From contig JARFYF010000052.1 of NCBI GenBank assembly GCA_030265395.1, positions 124,275,050 through 124,339,049 on the forward strand: DNA of 64,000 bases, given 5' to 3'. Positions 38,240 through 50,480 of this stretch are shown piece after piece. Within the stretch, counting starts at the first letter, position 1. Each line of letters starts with the position of its first letter. This DNA comes from Rhina ancylostomus. Lineage: Eukaryota. A model generated the notes under the pieces. It ran no database searches and was not told where the DNA came from. It worked only from the letters and a program-made list of their open reading frames with translations. A program made the translations under genes and the position numbers.

Positions 38240-38467
38240 TCATAGAATCAGACAGGACAGACACAGACCCTTTTGGCCCACTGGTTCTGTGTTGACCAGC
38301 AAGCACCCTCATTTACACCAATCCTACACCAAACTATTCCCATTAACTCTCCCAGATTCTACCACTCACCTACACGCTAAGGACATTTTACCTACCAACC
38401 CGTGCGTCTTTGGGATATGGGAGGAAACCAGAGCAACTGGAGGAAACCCACACGGTCACAGGAAGAA
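38240..38467 (-). mobile_element. HE1/V-SINE, 5'-truncated
   Basis: GGGAGGAAACCAGAGCAACTGGAGGAAACCCACACGGTCACAGG. Confidence 0.85.
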
Positions 38468-38869
38468 TTTAATCTTGCGTTATGGTGGGGTGGGGGTAGG
38501 CTGAGAAATCTAATAATGTTATTGCTGTCTGACCATCGTATCAAAGCAACTTAAGCACAGATTGGTGTTTCTATCTCTTGCCGTTATGTAATCAATAACT
38601 GTCTGGTATGATTTGTTTTTGCAGTTCAGTAATAAAATTTTATAACTGGTTTATTGCTGCTTCAGATAACAGTGAAATAACATTTCAGAATTCAGAATGT
38701 TAGTAGCGTATATCATCACCATTGCTGCAGTTAATACAGTGTGTTAACATCAGTTTGCTTCACATTGTTTTAAAAAAAAACACTTTTGATAATTTGGGGA
38801 GATGACTGTCAGCCAATTGTATTTGTCTAATTGAAGTTGTTGTACATGTACGGTAAAATATTACTCCTA

Positions 38870-39002
38870 GTTCAAGATTCACTTTATTGTCATTTCTGAG
38901 TATTTACATATAAGAATGAAATACCGTTTCTCACCAGCTCATATCAGTGAAACAAAAAGAACAGTGATAAATACCTAAATAATCTGTAAAAGCATCTCTA
39001 AA
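38870..39002 (-). mobile_element. Probable Rex-like LINE 3' tail running into a gap
   Basis: TTCAAGATTCACTTTATTGTCATT terminal signature. Confidence 0.45.
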
Positions 39003-39599
39003 NNNNNNNNNNNNNNNNNNNNNNNNNNNNNNNNNNNNNNNNNNNNNNNNNNNNNNNNNNNNNNNNNNNNNNNNNNNNNNNNNNNNNNNNNNNNNNNNNN
39101 NNGTAAGATAGTACCAGTTGAAAACCACCCCAACAAAGAGTTCGTTAAGCCACAGAAGGCTGGTACCTTTTTCCTTCAATTTTGGACTAGCAGACAAACT
39201 TGCTGGTGCTGCACCTGATGACAAAAACTGAGGCCCTGTTAGGATAACCATCTTATATTTTCACTTTGGTGCTGGATTCCAATAAACAGATGCACATTCT
39301 TCAATAGTTCTTTATAACTAATCTTTCCAAAAGTGCAGGACTTCATTGATTACTCAGATTGTTTTATGGGAAGTTACAAAAGATAGTTATGTGTTTGTAA
39401 TATCAACCTGAAAGCATTTGTATCATATGACAGATTCAAGATCTATTTCATAAATTTCACACCCCAGCACTATTCCACTAATTTGCTCATCCTAGGCAAC
39501 ATGAGCACCTTTTAGGCGATGTGTGGTATGTTGTGTGTACTGTGTGATTATGGGAATCTGTTGCCTATTGGTCCCACCCAGCAGGGCAGTGAGGAGAGA

Positions 39600-40030
39600 C
39601 ATTGATGGAGTGTGTTGTGGGCAGGCAGTCAAGAGGATGGGGTGGGAGGGAGGGAGAGGAACAGATTGCCATTATCAACAGGACATGGTAACTGTTTTGG
39701 TAGTGCATCCAGGCAGTCACCTAATTGGTAGGTGTCAAACATGGAGCTCCATGAATGATTAGTGATGTGCACATATTTGGGAAGATAGAACATGTTTTAA
39801 GGATCCTGGAGAGGAGTGGGAGGTTGGAGATGGGCAGCAGGTTGCAAGTATGGAGGGGAATAAAATTACTTTGCTGGGAGATGAGTAATAATGGCAGATT
39901 TGAGTGAAGTGGTCAAAATGCCTGAGGAGAGAGACCCATTAATATTACCTGCTAAATTTGAGATGAAAGAGGGAGGGTGAGCAGTTTAAATGTGACTAAG
40001 GTTGAGCGAGGCAGCAGCTGGATCTCATGG
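39600..40030 (-). mobile_element. Old L2 RT relic
   Basis: GGGAGGTTGGAGATGGG is the antisense of PISNLP (the L2 NYRPISNLP motif). Purine-rich on +. Confidence 0.55.
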
Positions 40031-40090
40031 GCTAGGGAGAAACTAGAGATGAAAGACAAACCATGGAATTGTAGCCTGGTAGGCCAAGGG

Positions 40091-40445
40091 ATTACTTATT
40101 GAACTGTAGCCACTTCTGTAACATGGAAAATGTGACGGGCAATTTGCACATAGCAAGCTCCCATAAAGGGCATAATAAAAATAACCAATTTTCTGATAAT
40201 GATTGAGCGATAAATGTTGGCCAGGATAATGGAGGTAACTTCACAGATCTTCTTTGGACTAATGCTCTTTACTATATTTAAGGTACATCTGAGAAAGCAG
40301 GTGTGAGCTTAGTTTAATGTCTGATCCAAAAATAGTAGCATCTTGACATTGATGTTACATCTGAGATATTCTGTGCTAAATTCCTGGGGTTCACTGAACA
40401 TGCTAGGTTGAAACCAAGAGTATTATCATAAAGCAAAGACAGACA
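40091..40445 (-). mobile_element. Deu-SINE (SacSINE1-like)
   Basis: GCAATTTGCACATAGCAAGCTCCCA, GATAAATGTTGGCCAGGA and GTTTAATGTCTGATCCAAAA, in the expected antisense order. Confidence 0.65.
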
Positions 40446-41315
40446 TTCATGGAGCCATAAAGAATCAGGAAGTTTCAGCTGGATTCATAAAGCTTGATTT
40501 ACTGACAGCATTAAGGAGGAGTTGAAGGTAGGACACTTCCTCAACGTTCTTCAATGCCTAATGAAATAATCTTGCTGCAAATTGTGCATGAATGAAGTCA
40601 AGATTGTTATTGTAATGTCTTCACCATTTGAACTTGCCACATTTTCACAGTCCAAAGCTACTGGATAAAGGCAACAGACATGAGGGAATGGGGATATATC
40701 TGGTCCCATGGGACTGTGAGATTCAATTTCAAGAACGGGGTTTTTAGGGAAAAATTAGCATCAGTTGGTTTTGCAGTTACTTTTCTGAAGGGTAAGTACC
40801 TTTTGTGCATTAATATTGACTTAATTTTAGATCTTGCTCTGTATGAACATGAATACAGATGGTGTAATATTAAGGAGATCTTGCCTGGGTGGGATTCCCT
40901 CGCTTCTCTATTTCCCCTCACCATCGTTGCTATGTCTCACGTTGCTTACACAGGGATGAATGGAAGGTGTTTGATGGGTCTTTTCCTCATTAGAGGGCAC
41001 TAATGTACACACAATCACCAGTTGGCCAGCTACAGTATTCAAATACACTTTTATTACCTGTTATTAGCTTTGCGGCATGAGCATTTAAATGTGGCAGACT
41101 ATGTGTTTTAGAAGGCGTGCTATTAATTAAATGTGCAGTTAATAACACTTCTGTACACATAAGTAATGGTTCCCTCGCAGAATACTGTTGAGCAGCATTT
41201 TTATTTTGCCAGGGAGCATGCTTTTATTCATCTCAAATATCCAATGACATACTAAAAAGAGGATAGTCAAAATACTAATTCCATTTAAAAAAATGAACAG
41301 CAATTGTGTTCACTT

Positions 41316-44197
41316 CTAAACTAGAGTGGCAGGAGGGTGGAAACCATATTGGCAACAGGTGGTAGGGATGAGGGCAAGAAAGGTGGTACAAGAAGTAAGA
41401 CTGAAAGGAAGGACAGCAGGGGATTGGCTCATAAACACGGTGGGACTGATGGGCTGAAATGTATTTGTTTCAACGCTAGGAGTATTCCGGGTAAGGAGGA
41501 TGAACTTAGAGCCTGGATCAGTACATAGAATTATGATGTTGCTGCCATTACAGAGATCTGGTTACATGAAGGACAGGACGGGCAGCTCAACATTCCTGGG
41601 TTTCATTGTTTTAGATGTGATGGAGGGGATAAAAGAGGTGGAGGGGTTGCACTACTGATAAGGGAGAACATCACAGCAGTACTCAGAGGACACGGTGGAG
41701 GGCTCATCCACAGAGACAATCCGGGTGGAGCTCAGAGATAAGAAAATTGCAATTACACTGGTGGATTATACTACGGGGTCCCCACTGAGAGGTGGAGGAA
41801 CAGATATGTAGATGGATTGTGGAAAGGTGCAGAAACAATAGGTTGTTATGGCGGGTGACTTTAATTTCCCCAGTATTGATTGGAATTTCCTTGATACAAG
41901 AAGCTCAGAGGGGGTGGGATTTCTTCAGTGCATCCAAGAGGGGTTCTTGAAACAGTGTGTGGAGAGTCCAACTAGAGAGAACATACTGGACCTGGTTTTG
42001 GGAAATGAGACAGACCTGACCGTGGGTGAACATTTTGGGAATAGTGACCACATTATGTCTTAAGATAGTTATGAGTAAGGATAAAATCTGATTTTGCAGG
42101 AAGGTACTAAATTAGAGGAGGGAAAATTATGACAGGTAAGACGGGAGCTAAGGGGTATTGATTGGGAGCAGCTGCTGTCAGACAAGTCCACGTCTGACAC
42201 GTGGGAGTTGTTTAACGATCAGCTGATCAGAGCGCAGGATTGGCATGTTCTGGTAAGGAGTAAGGACAAGGATGGTAAGTAAGGGAACCTTGGATGACCC
42301 AAGAGGTCTTAAATTTAGTTAGGAAGAAAAAGGAAGCGTATGTAATGTTTAGGNNNNNNNNNNNNNNNNNNNNNNNNNNNNNNNNNNNNNNNNNNNNNNN
42401 NNNNNNNNNNNNNNNNNNNNNNNNNNNNNNNNNNNNNNNNNNNNNNNNNNNNNNNNNNNNNNNNNNNNNNNNNNNNNNNNNNNNNNNNNNNNNNNNNNNN
42501 NNNNNNNNNNNNNNNNNNNNNNNNNNNNNNNNNNNNNNNNNNNNNNNNNNNNNNNNNNNNNNNNNNNNNNNNNNNNNNNNNNNNNNNNNNNNNNNNNNNN
42601 NNNNNNNNNNNNNNNNNNNNNNNNNNNNNNNNNNNNNNNNNNNNNNNNNNNNNNNNNNNNNNNNNNNNNNNNNNNNNNNNNNNNNNNNNNNNNNNNNNNN
42701 NNNNNNNNNNNNNNNNNNNNNNNNNNNNNNNNNNNNNNNNNNNNNNNNNNNNNNNNNNNNNNNNNNNNNNNNNNNNNNNNNNNNNNNNNNNNNNNNNNNN
42801 NNNNNNNNNNNNNNNNNNNNNNNNNNNNNNNNNNNNNNNNNNNNNNNNNNNNNNNNNNNNNNNNNNNNNNNNNNNNNNNNNNNNNNNNNNNNNNNNNNNN
42901 NNNNNNNNNNNNNNNNNNNNNNNNNNNNNNNNNNNNNNNNNNNNNNNNNNNNNNNNNNNNNNNNNNNNNNNNNNNNNNNNNNNNNNNNNNNNNNNNNNNN
43001 NNNNNNNNNNNNNNNNNNNNNNNNNNNNNNNNNNNNNNNNNNNNNNNNNNNNNNNNNNNNNNNNNNNNNNNNNNNNNNNNNNNNNNNNNNNNNNNNNNNN
43101 NNNNNNNNNNNNNNNNNNNNNNNNNNNNNNNNNNNGGTTGATTCAGAAGATAAAGATGCATGGGATCCAGGGTGAACTGCAAGTTTGGATTCAGAACTGG
43201 TTTGCCCATAGAGTAGGGATGGAAGGCTGTTATTCTGGCTTGTGGCCAGTGGTGTTCCACAAGGATTGGTGCTGGGACCTCTATTGTTTGTGATATTTAT
43301 CAATGATTTGGATGAAAATGTAGATGGGTGGATTAGCAAATTTGTGGATGACACCAAGATCTGTGTTGTGGACAGTGTAAAGAACTATCAGAGAATACAG
43401 CGGGATTTAGATTAGTTACAGATATGGGCATAGAAGTGGCAGAGGGACTTTAATCCGGGCAAGTGTGAAGTGCTGCTCTTTGGGAGGTCAAATGAAAGGA
43501 GAAAGTATACAGTTAATGGTAGGGCCCTTAACATCATTGAGGTACAGAAGGATCTTGGGACCCAGGTCCATAGTTCACTGAAAGTGGCTACACAAGGTGA
43601 TGATGAAGGTGTATGGAATGCTTGCCTTCATTGCTAGGGGTGTTGAGTATAAGAGTAAGGAAGTCATGCTGCAGCTATATAAAACTTTAGTCAGACCACA
43701 CTTTGAGTATTGTGTGGAGTTCTGGTCACCTCATTTTAGGAAGGATGTGGAGAGGATGCAGAAGAAGTTTACCAGGATGCTGCCTGGGTCAGAGGATATG
43801 AGCTATAAGAAAATGTTGGACAAACTTGAGTTCTCTTTGGAATGTCAGAGGCTGAGGGGAAATCTGATAGAGGTTTTTAAGATTGAGAGGCATAGATAGG
43901 GTGGACGATCAGAATATTCTCCCCTGGGTAGAAATGTCAAACAGCAGAGGACAAGCTTTTGAGGTTGGGGGGGAGTATTTAAAGGGGATATTAGAGGCAA
44001 ATTATTTTATGCAGAGAGTGGTAGGTGCTTGTAGTAGGTTACCAGGGATAGTGGTAGAAGCAGGCACTTTGATGGAGTTTGAGGCTTTAGGGAGGCATGA
44101 GAATATGAAGGGAATGGAGGGATATGGATGACACACAGGACGAGGACCTTTAGTTGAAATTGGCATAACGTCGTGGGCCGAATGGACTGTTCTGTTG
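41316..44197 (+). mobile_element. CR1 LINE, near-complete decayed ORF2 (AP endonuclease plus RT) with an internal gap
   Basis: EN motifs LKCICFNARSI, AITEIWL, MAGDFNFPSIDW, LDLVLGN and SDH. RT motifs GVPQGLVLGP, KFVDDTK and LVRPHFEYCVEFWSPH. Many stops and frameshifts. Confidence 0.95.
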
Positions 44198-44869
44198 AAG
44201 AATTATGTAGGTTTTATTTGTACCTGGCTACTGCCATTCATTGAACTATATTGGGCTGTCATTTTGTGCTATTTATTTAACTTTTAGAGTACAAAAATAC
44301 CCTGAGATTAAAATACTTCACAGAAGTAATTAGTAAAAAGAAAAAGAGTAAAGTAAACCTTTTTGTTTGGTAGAGAGCTACGCTCTGGGTTTGGGCAAAG
44401 CAGTTATAGTAGAGTTCCAATGATTATATAGATGAAGGAAATTCATTCAGGATTTTGTGTTTAAATCATGCAGTGAAACATTGCAGAAACTTCTGGCTGC
44501 AGATTTATTTCATTGGTGGGGGAATTGCGTTTGTGTACACTTTTTTTATCCACTCTGCATAAACAGTAAAATGAAACACAGCAATATGTGGCATGAAATG
44601 ATTTGGAAAGCAAGTTGCAAATTGCACATGAACAATGCTGTGGTGAAACTTAATGGTCTAGAAATCATTGAAAAATTAACAATATGTGGTTGTTGAACAT
44701 GATTACCACAATGTAAAAATATCACCAATTGAATAAAGGGAAGATAGAAACCTTGTCTTTTATCTCTGTCACAAGGTCCATGAATTCATCTGAAACTGAA
44801 GCAGACTATCACAATGTTGATACCATATTTGACCCTAGAATGAGTTTGCAGTCACAAATCTCATTGTTT

Positions 44870-45582
44870 CCACATCCCTTTCTCTGCCCCCAGCCAACCT
44901 CTCCTGCTGCTGAATCCCTCTTCTTCACTTCATTGTTCCAATCTACGCCTTAGCAGCCTACTTGTTTCTAAGTTCCATGGACTTGAGGTCATCCAAAACT
45001 CTTCTGCCTTTGTCCTTATTTGCATGATCTCATTCAGCCATCATTCCCTGTTCTTGACCTATATTTGCTCGTGATTAAGCAATACCTTGATTTTAAAATT
45101 CTTGCTTATGTTTTCAATTTCCTCCATAGTCCCCCTTATGACCAAGCAAGATATCCATTANNNNNNNNNNNNNNNNNNNNNNNNNNNNNNNNNNNNNNNN
45201 NNNNNNNNNNNNNNNNNNNNNNNNNNNNNNNNNNNNNNNNNNNNNNNNNNNNNNNNNNNNTATGTTTTCAATTTCCTCCATATTCCCCCTTATGACCAAG
45301 CAAGATATCCATTAATTCTGGCCTCTTAATCATCCCTTAATTTAGTTGCTCTGCCATTTGATGACCTGCCATCAATTGCAAAGATTGAGCCCTATAATTC
45401 CTTCCCTGAAGCCCTCTGCTTCCCTGCTCTTTTGACCTTCAAAGTAGTTCTTAAATCATCTGTTTGATCAAGTTTTTGGTCATCTGTTATGTGACTTGAT
45501 ATCATATTTTGTTTGATAACACTTAGAAATTTTTCGAGTCCACTTGCTTTGTTATCAATGCTAGGTAACTACAAGTTGTTGT
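44870..45582 (+). mobile_element. L2-clade LINE 3' end
   Basis: VIQNSSA and KQYLDFKILAYVFNFLH (compare L2 IQNSAAR...RIDFKIL..VFK.LH). Tail CAAGTTGTTGT. Confidence 0.75.
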
Positions 45583-45945
45583 GAAAGTGAACTGTTTCTA
45601 GCTGGAATACAAGGGCAGCAAAGAACATTTACTGCTCCTTTTCTCATTCCCCTAGAACCCACAAAAATTGAGAGAGAAAGAATTACAAAGCTGAGAGAAA
45701 GTACTGGAGATGCAAGAGTTGATTTCTCACTATAACTACTGGGGGAATCTCAGCATGCTGGAATTTGAGTTCTTCAAAAGAAGCAATGGAAACTTGGGAC
45801 ACCCACTGTCATTTATCTGTTATGCTTGGGTCACCTGCTCTTGATTTTGCATGCAAGAATTCCTGGACTTGCACTTAAATGGGTAAGTGCTGGTGGTTTC
45901 ATTCAGAACAGCATTCACAAGCAAAATCAAGGAAGATTTTGGAAT

Positions 45946-47067
45946 TTTTAAATTTATTTATTTGTGGTGTATGGGCAATGTTGACCATCCCTATTTGCTG
46001 CTGAATTGAAGCATCATAAGTCAATCACATGGTAAATTGGCTTATTATTGTCATAAATACTGAGCTTCAGTGAAAAACTTTGTTTTGTGTGCCATCCATA
46101 AAGATCGTTTCATTACAATAGTGCAGTGTAGTAGTACAGAGGAAAGCAATAACAGAATGGAGAATAAAGTGTTACAATTACAGAGAAAGTGCTGTGCAGG
46201 CAAACAATAAGGTGCAAGGCCATGACGAGGTAGGTTGTGAGGTCAAGAGCCCCAGCTTATCGTACTAGGGGGCCATTCAATAGTCTTAAAACAGTGGGAT
46301 AGGAGCTGTCCTTGAGCCTGGTGGTACGTGCTTCCAGGCTTTTGTATCTTCTGCCTGATGGGAGCAGGGAGAAGAGAGAATGTCTGGGGTGGGTGGGGTT
46401 TTTGATTATGCTGACTGCTTTACCAAGGCAGCTAGAAGTGTAGAGAGAGCCCATGGAGGGGAGTCTGGTTTCTGTGATGTGCTGAGCTGTATCCACAACT
46501 CTGCAGTTTCTTGTGGTCATATGCAGAGCAGTTGCCATACCAAGCCTTGATGCATCTGGATAGGAAGCTTTCAATGGTGCATCGAGTTTAAAAATTGGTG
46601 AGGGTCAACAGAGACATGCCAAATTTCTTTAGCCTCTTGAGGAAGTAGAGGTGCTGGTGAGCTTTCTTGGCTGTGGCGTCTACATGGTTGGACCAGGACA
46701 GCCTATTGGTGATGCTCACTCCTAGGAACTTGAAGCTCTCAACCCTCTCAACCTCAGCACCATTGATGTAAACAGGAGCATGTGCACTGCCCCCCTTCCT
46801 GAAGTCAATGACCAGCTCGGGATCTGGAGTCTGGTATAAACTAGACCAGGTGAGAAGGTCATTTCCTTCCCTGAGGGACATTAGTGAATCAGATTGTTTT
46901 ACAGCAGTGCAGAAGTTTCACGGTAATTGCTAAGGAAATGAGCTTTTTCCTTAATTCCAGTTTTATTTAATTACTTAAATTTATGTTCCCTGGCTCATTT
47001 GAACACGTATTTCTGGATTAATGGACCAGACGCTGGCTGCTAATCCAATAATTTAATCATTGTGGCC
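45946..47067 (-). mobile_element. tRNA-derived SINE (second family) split by a Rex insertion; pieces at 45946-46030 and 46819-47067
   Basis: ...CCATCCCTATTTGC...AGTCAATCACAT | GGGATCTGGAGTC...TTTCCTTCCCTGAGGGACATTAGTGAA are contiguous parts of one SINE. Confidence 0.7.
46031..46818 (-). mobile_element. Rex-Babar clade LINE, 3' 0.8 kb
   Basis: ELVIDFRK...VYINGAEVERVESFKFLGV...HLYFLKRLKKFGM and HSLFSLLPSGRRYKSLEARTTRLKDSSYP. Confidence 0.9.
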
Positions 47068-47489
47068 CCATAGCTAGCAGTGTCAGAAGGGATCAGAAGT
47101 ATTCATTTTATGAACATTTACAGAATTCTAACATTTCTGGCTGAGGAACTTGAGAAGAATCTGTGTAGATATCCTACAGGGTGCAGTGGCATAACAGATA
47201 CATGTGCATTGGGTGATGACTTGATTTCACTTGCAAAGTGGCTTTGAGCTCTGGCTCTGGTGCCAGAAATATTAATATCCTGGTGGAGCAGATGAGAAAG
47301 TGATGGATTTTCATAAATGTGTGCCTCATATCTAAGACAACATGCTGAGGAAGCAGGTGCACAAAGTTTTTTTTCAATTTACTTCTGATGGTGTGAATGC
47401 AGTGGAAACCACAATTTGCAGATATCTGGTGGAAAGTGTTCAAAGTAAAGGAGAAATTTCATCCTTTTTCTGAACAAGTTTAAAACAAC

Positions 47490-47838
47490 TGAGTTGTTAC
47501 TGGAGGATGTCACCCATTGAGCTTAACCAACCCATGCAAACTCCGTGAAAGAGCAGCTTATTGCTCCCATTCCTTTGTCATGCTATTCTTCTTCTGTCCA
47601 ATACCCTTTTGTAAACCAGGATTGAATCTGCTTTCATCACCCTTTCAGCCAGTGAATCCATATCTTGACTGCCTGGTGCATAGAAAAGTTTTTCTTCAAT
47701 TGGCCAGTCACATTCAATATATGTCCTCTGATTCTCAATGCTACAATCGGTGGGGACAGATTCCCTTTATTCACTTTTTCCTGAACCCTTCCTAATTTTG
47801 AAGGCTTCTGTTGAATTACGTCTCCATGTTTCCTGCTG
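47490..47838 (-). mobile_element. Old CR1 3' fragment
   Basis: TTGAATCTGCTTTCATCACCCTTTCAGCCAGTGAATCCA is an antisense CR1 signature. Confidence 0.5.
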
Positions 47839-48755
47839 NNNNNNNNNNCTTCATATAGTTAATTAGATGAGAGATTCAGATTACTTAACTGAGAAATGAC
47901 TGACCAAACTTTAGGCCTGCCCAGTTTGCACAGTTCAGCTGTTAACTAAATTAGCTTTGAGTCACTAAGGAGCTGCATTTTCACAGATATTTATATTTTT
48001 GGGCAGTTGCACTTTATAAAGAAAAACATTTTTTTAAAATAAATTCCTGTTTTATTTGAGGTTCAAAATAATATAGATCATAATGCAGATGGTATTTTAG
48101 TGACTGTGGAAGTCTTTTGTGTGTTGAGTGAAAGATTTATTGATTGCTTCTCTGGCAATCCCCTAGCTGGCTGCGATGCCTTTTACTTTAAAGTTTACAA
48201 ATGAGCTTCAGTCTGCAGTTCAGCCTGAGGTGTTGGTGAGGAGCTTCTGCAATTGTGTGATGCTGTTTGTCATAGTTCAGACCTGTCGCAATTTCCATAT
48301 TAGCTCCGGTTATGGTTTTGATTGGTGCCTGCTGCAAGACGCATCAATTATTTTCCCATTAACCATAAGTTTCGACAAACACATTTTTTACGCATTGTCT
48401 TCTCAGTAATGTAATAAGCACTGTTGAGATTTCCTTCGTAGCATGTTAAACCCTGGGAATATATGGAGGAGTACTTGGGTATAGTTACAGTTATTTATAA
48501 TGGACCAAAATTACACACAACTTTTTTGGTATAATTCTGTTGTGGATGGTGTCGCTTTCCAGTTTGTTCCAAATAGGTCTGAATTTGACTGAAGAGCTTA
48601 CTTGTGATAGCAACCTCTAATCTTCTGCTGTAACACTGTTAAATTGATAGATTTTGATATTAATATAGATTTCAGAATTTGTTGTTCCACAATTTCAATG
48701 AAACAGAAATATCCAGCCACATTTCCATCTTCTGCAAGGTCAAAGATGTGTAATA

Positions 48756-48925
48756 AAAGGCAAGTCTTACATTTATTGGGACCCCTTCGTGACCTTGGGA
48801 TATCCAAGGGGGCTTTGCACTTGACAATGTACTTTTTGAATTGCAGTCAACATTGCACTCTGGGGGAAAATGCAGCACAAATTTGTGTGCAGCAAGATCC
48901 CACAGGCAGCAGCTCGATGACAACC
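48756..48925 (-). mobile_element. Deu-SINE 3' part
   Basis: CTTACATTTAT...TTCGTGACCTTGGGATATCCAAG...GTACTTTTTGAA...AATTTGTGTGCAGCAAGATCCCACA. Confidence 0.7.
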
Positions 48926-49404
48926 AAGGAATGGTCTAATTTTCCAGTGTGCAAAGGAGTTGCAGCACTTGCTGTTCATGTGTTCAGTGTTTACATGTGT
49001 GATGAATACTGTCATCAGGTGTCATTCTGTCTTGTTTGGTGCAGAGTTGTGACTTGTGTGGGTAGTAAAGAGACAGTGAGGTCCCCCTGAGCTCTAAACC
49101 AAGAAGTACAAGCTAATAAATATAAATTAATTTTAAATCATATATTTGAGGGCAAAAAAGGGGTTGGATATTGGAAAATGCGGGCAGAATATTAAAATTT
49201 TCAGGGGCTTTACTGTGATTGGATGTGTTATTGGCCACAAATATTATATTTTCAGTGGCATGGAGGATGTTTGGAAGTCATTAGGTTATCACAATTTAGA
49301 AATTCACTTTTACCTGAACAACTTGTATCTTGACAAACTCTTCCAGCTTTTAATTCTTACCTTTATCTTTAATTTACTCCTTTGTAAAGATCCTGGTGGT
49401 ACGT

Positions 49405-49498
49405 GTAGTATAGATGGGTACTTGATGGCTGGCATGGATTTTGTGGGCCAAAGGGCCTGTTCCAGTGTGTTCCTGTGCTGTATGACTCTGTGACTCTA
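49405..49498 (+). mobile_element. CR1/HER1 3' tail
   Basis: GGGCCAAAGGGCCTGTT...GTGCTGTATGACTCTGTGACTCTA. Confidence 0.85.
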
Positions 49499-49752
49499 AA
49501 GAAATTAACATTGTAGTCTTCATTCTAATGCAAGTTTGCTCCTCATAATCACCATCTCTGTTAAAATGCATATTCTTGAGACTTGCCAATGTGCAGATAT
49601 TCTGTTTTGAGATTACAATTCAAATTAACTTATCAGCTTTGGTGACCAGACTCTCATTTGGATCTATTAAAAGGGCATCATTTTGTCAGCATCTTCTTAA
49701 GACTTAAGCTTCACGTCATGAATTTGTCACTGTTCCACTGAATCACCTGCAG

Positions 49753-49815
49753 TAGAGTCATACAGCACAGAAACAGGCCCTTTGGCCCAACTCGTCTGTG
49801 CCGACCAAGTTATCC
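49753..49815 (-). mobile_element. CR1/HER1 3' tail
   Basis: TAGAGTCATACAGCACAGAAACAGGCCCTTTGGCCCAAC. Confidence 0.85.
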
Positions 49816-50110
49816 ACCTGAGTTTTTCAAAATGTGCTCTTTCACTAATGAGTGCAGCAGAGTTAGGATCAACTCCAGTGATGCCATTTCTTGACAATTA
49901 TTGGCCACGAAGTTCATTTCAATCATTTTGTTTTGCTCTTTTTTTTTCTCATTTCCCTTCATTGCTGAACCTTTCAATACACCGAAGGCACTGAGCAGAG
50001 ACTGAATGCCTCTGGCATAAACGGTACAATGAGTGTTTGACAGAGTAACGAGTAACGAAGTGAGATGAAACATCTGTCTGTATGCTTTGACATCATGATC
50101 CTGTCAATTG

Positions 50111-50480
50111 TGGCTCATTTGCTTGCACTCTTGCCTCCTGTCAGAAGGTCATAGACAGGAGGCACTACCCCAGTAATGTAAGAGTAAAATGGAGCTGACA
50201 CTTGATTTGCTCCATTATTCTCCAGTGCCATTTTTAGGCGAACAGATTAAACAGAGACCCTTTCATTCTCCTCGGGTGAACATCAAGGATCCCATGGCCT
50301 CCCCAGTGAAGCCAACATTTAGCCTGCAATGAATATCACAAAAGCAGTTAGCCTAGCAATAATCACATTCCTGTTTGTAAATGAACTGTCAGTTTTCCTA
50401 CAATTACAACTGTGACTGATCATCCAAAGTACCTATTGGTCTGTCGTAATGGGGTCTATATAAATGCAAGTTGTTCTTTT
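50111..50480 (+). mobile_element. Deu-SINE (SacSINE1-like), near full length
   Basis: Head GCACTCTTGCCTC..GTCAGAAGGT, then TTAAACAGAGACCC, GATCCCATGGC, ATCACATTCCTGTTTGT, and tail CTATATAAATGCAAGTTGTTCTTT. Confidence 0.75.

Noticed and set aside
42227-43357. Long ORFs of 293-376 aa
   Set aside because: They consist mostly of the 42354-43135 N-gap inside a decayed CR1.
48644-49090. 148-aa ORF
   Set aside because: It overlaps an antisense Deu-SINE and has no recognisable domain.
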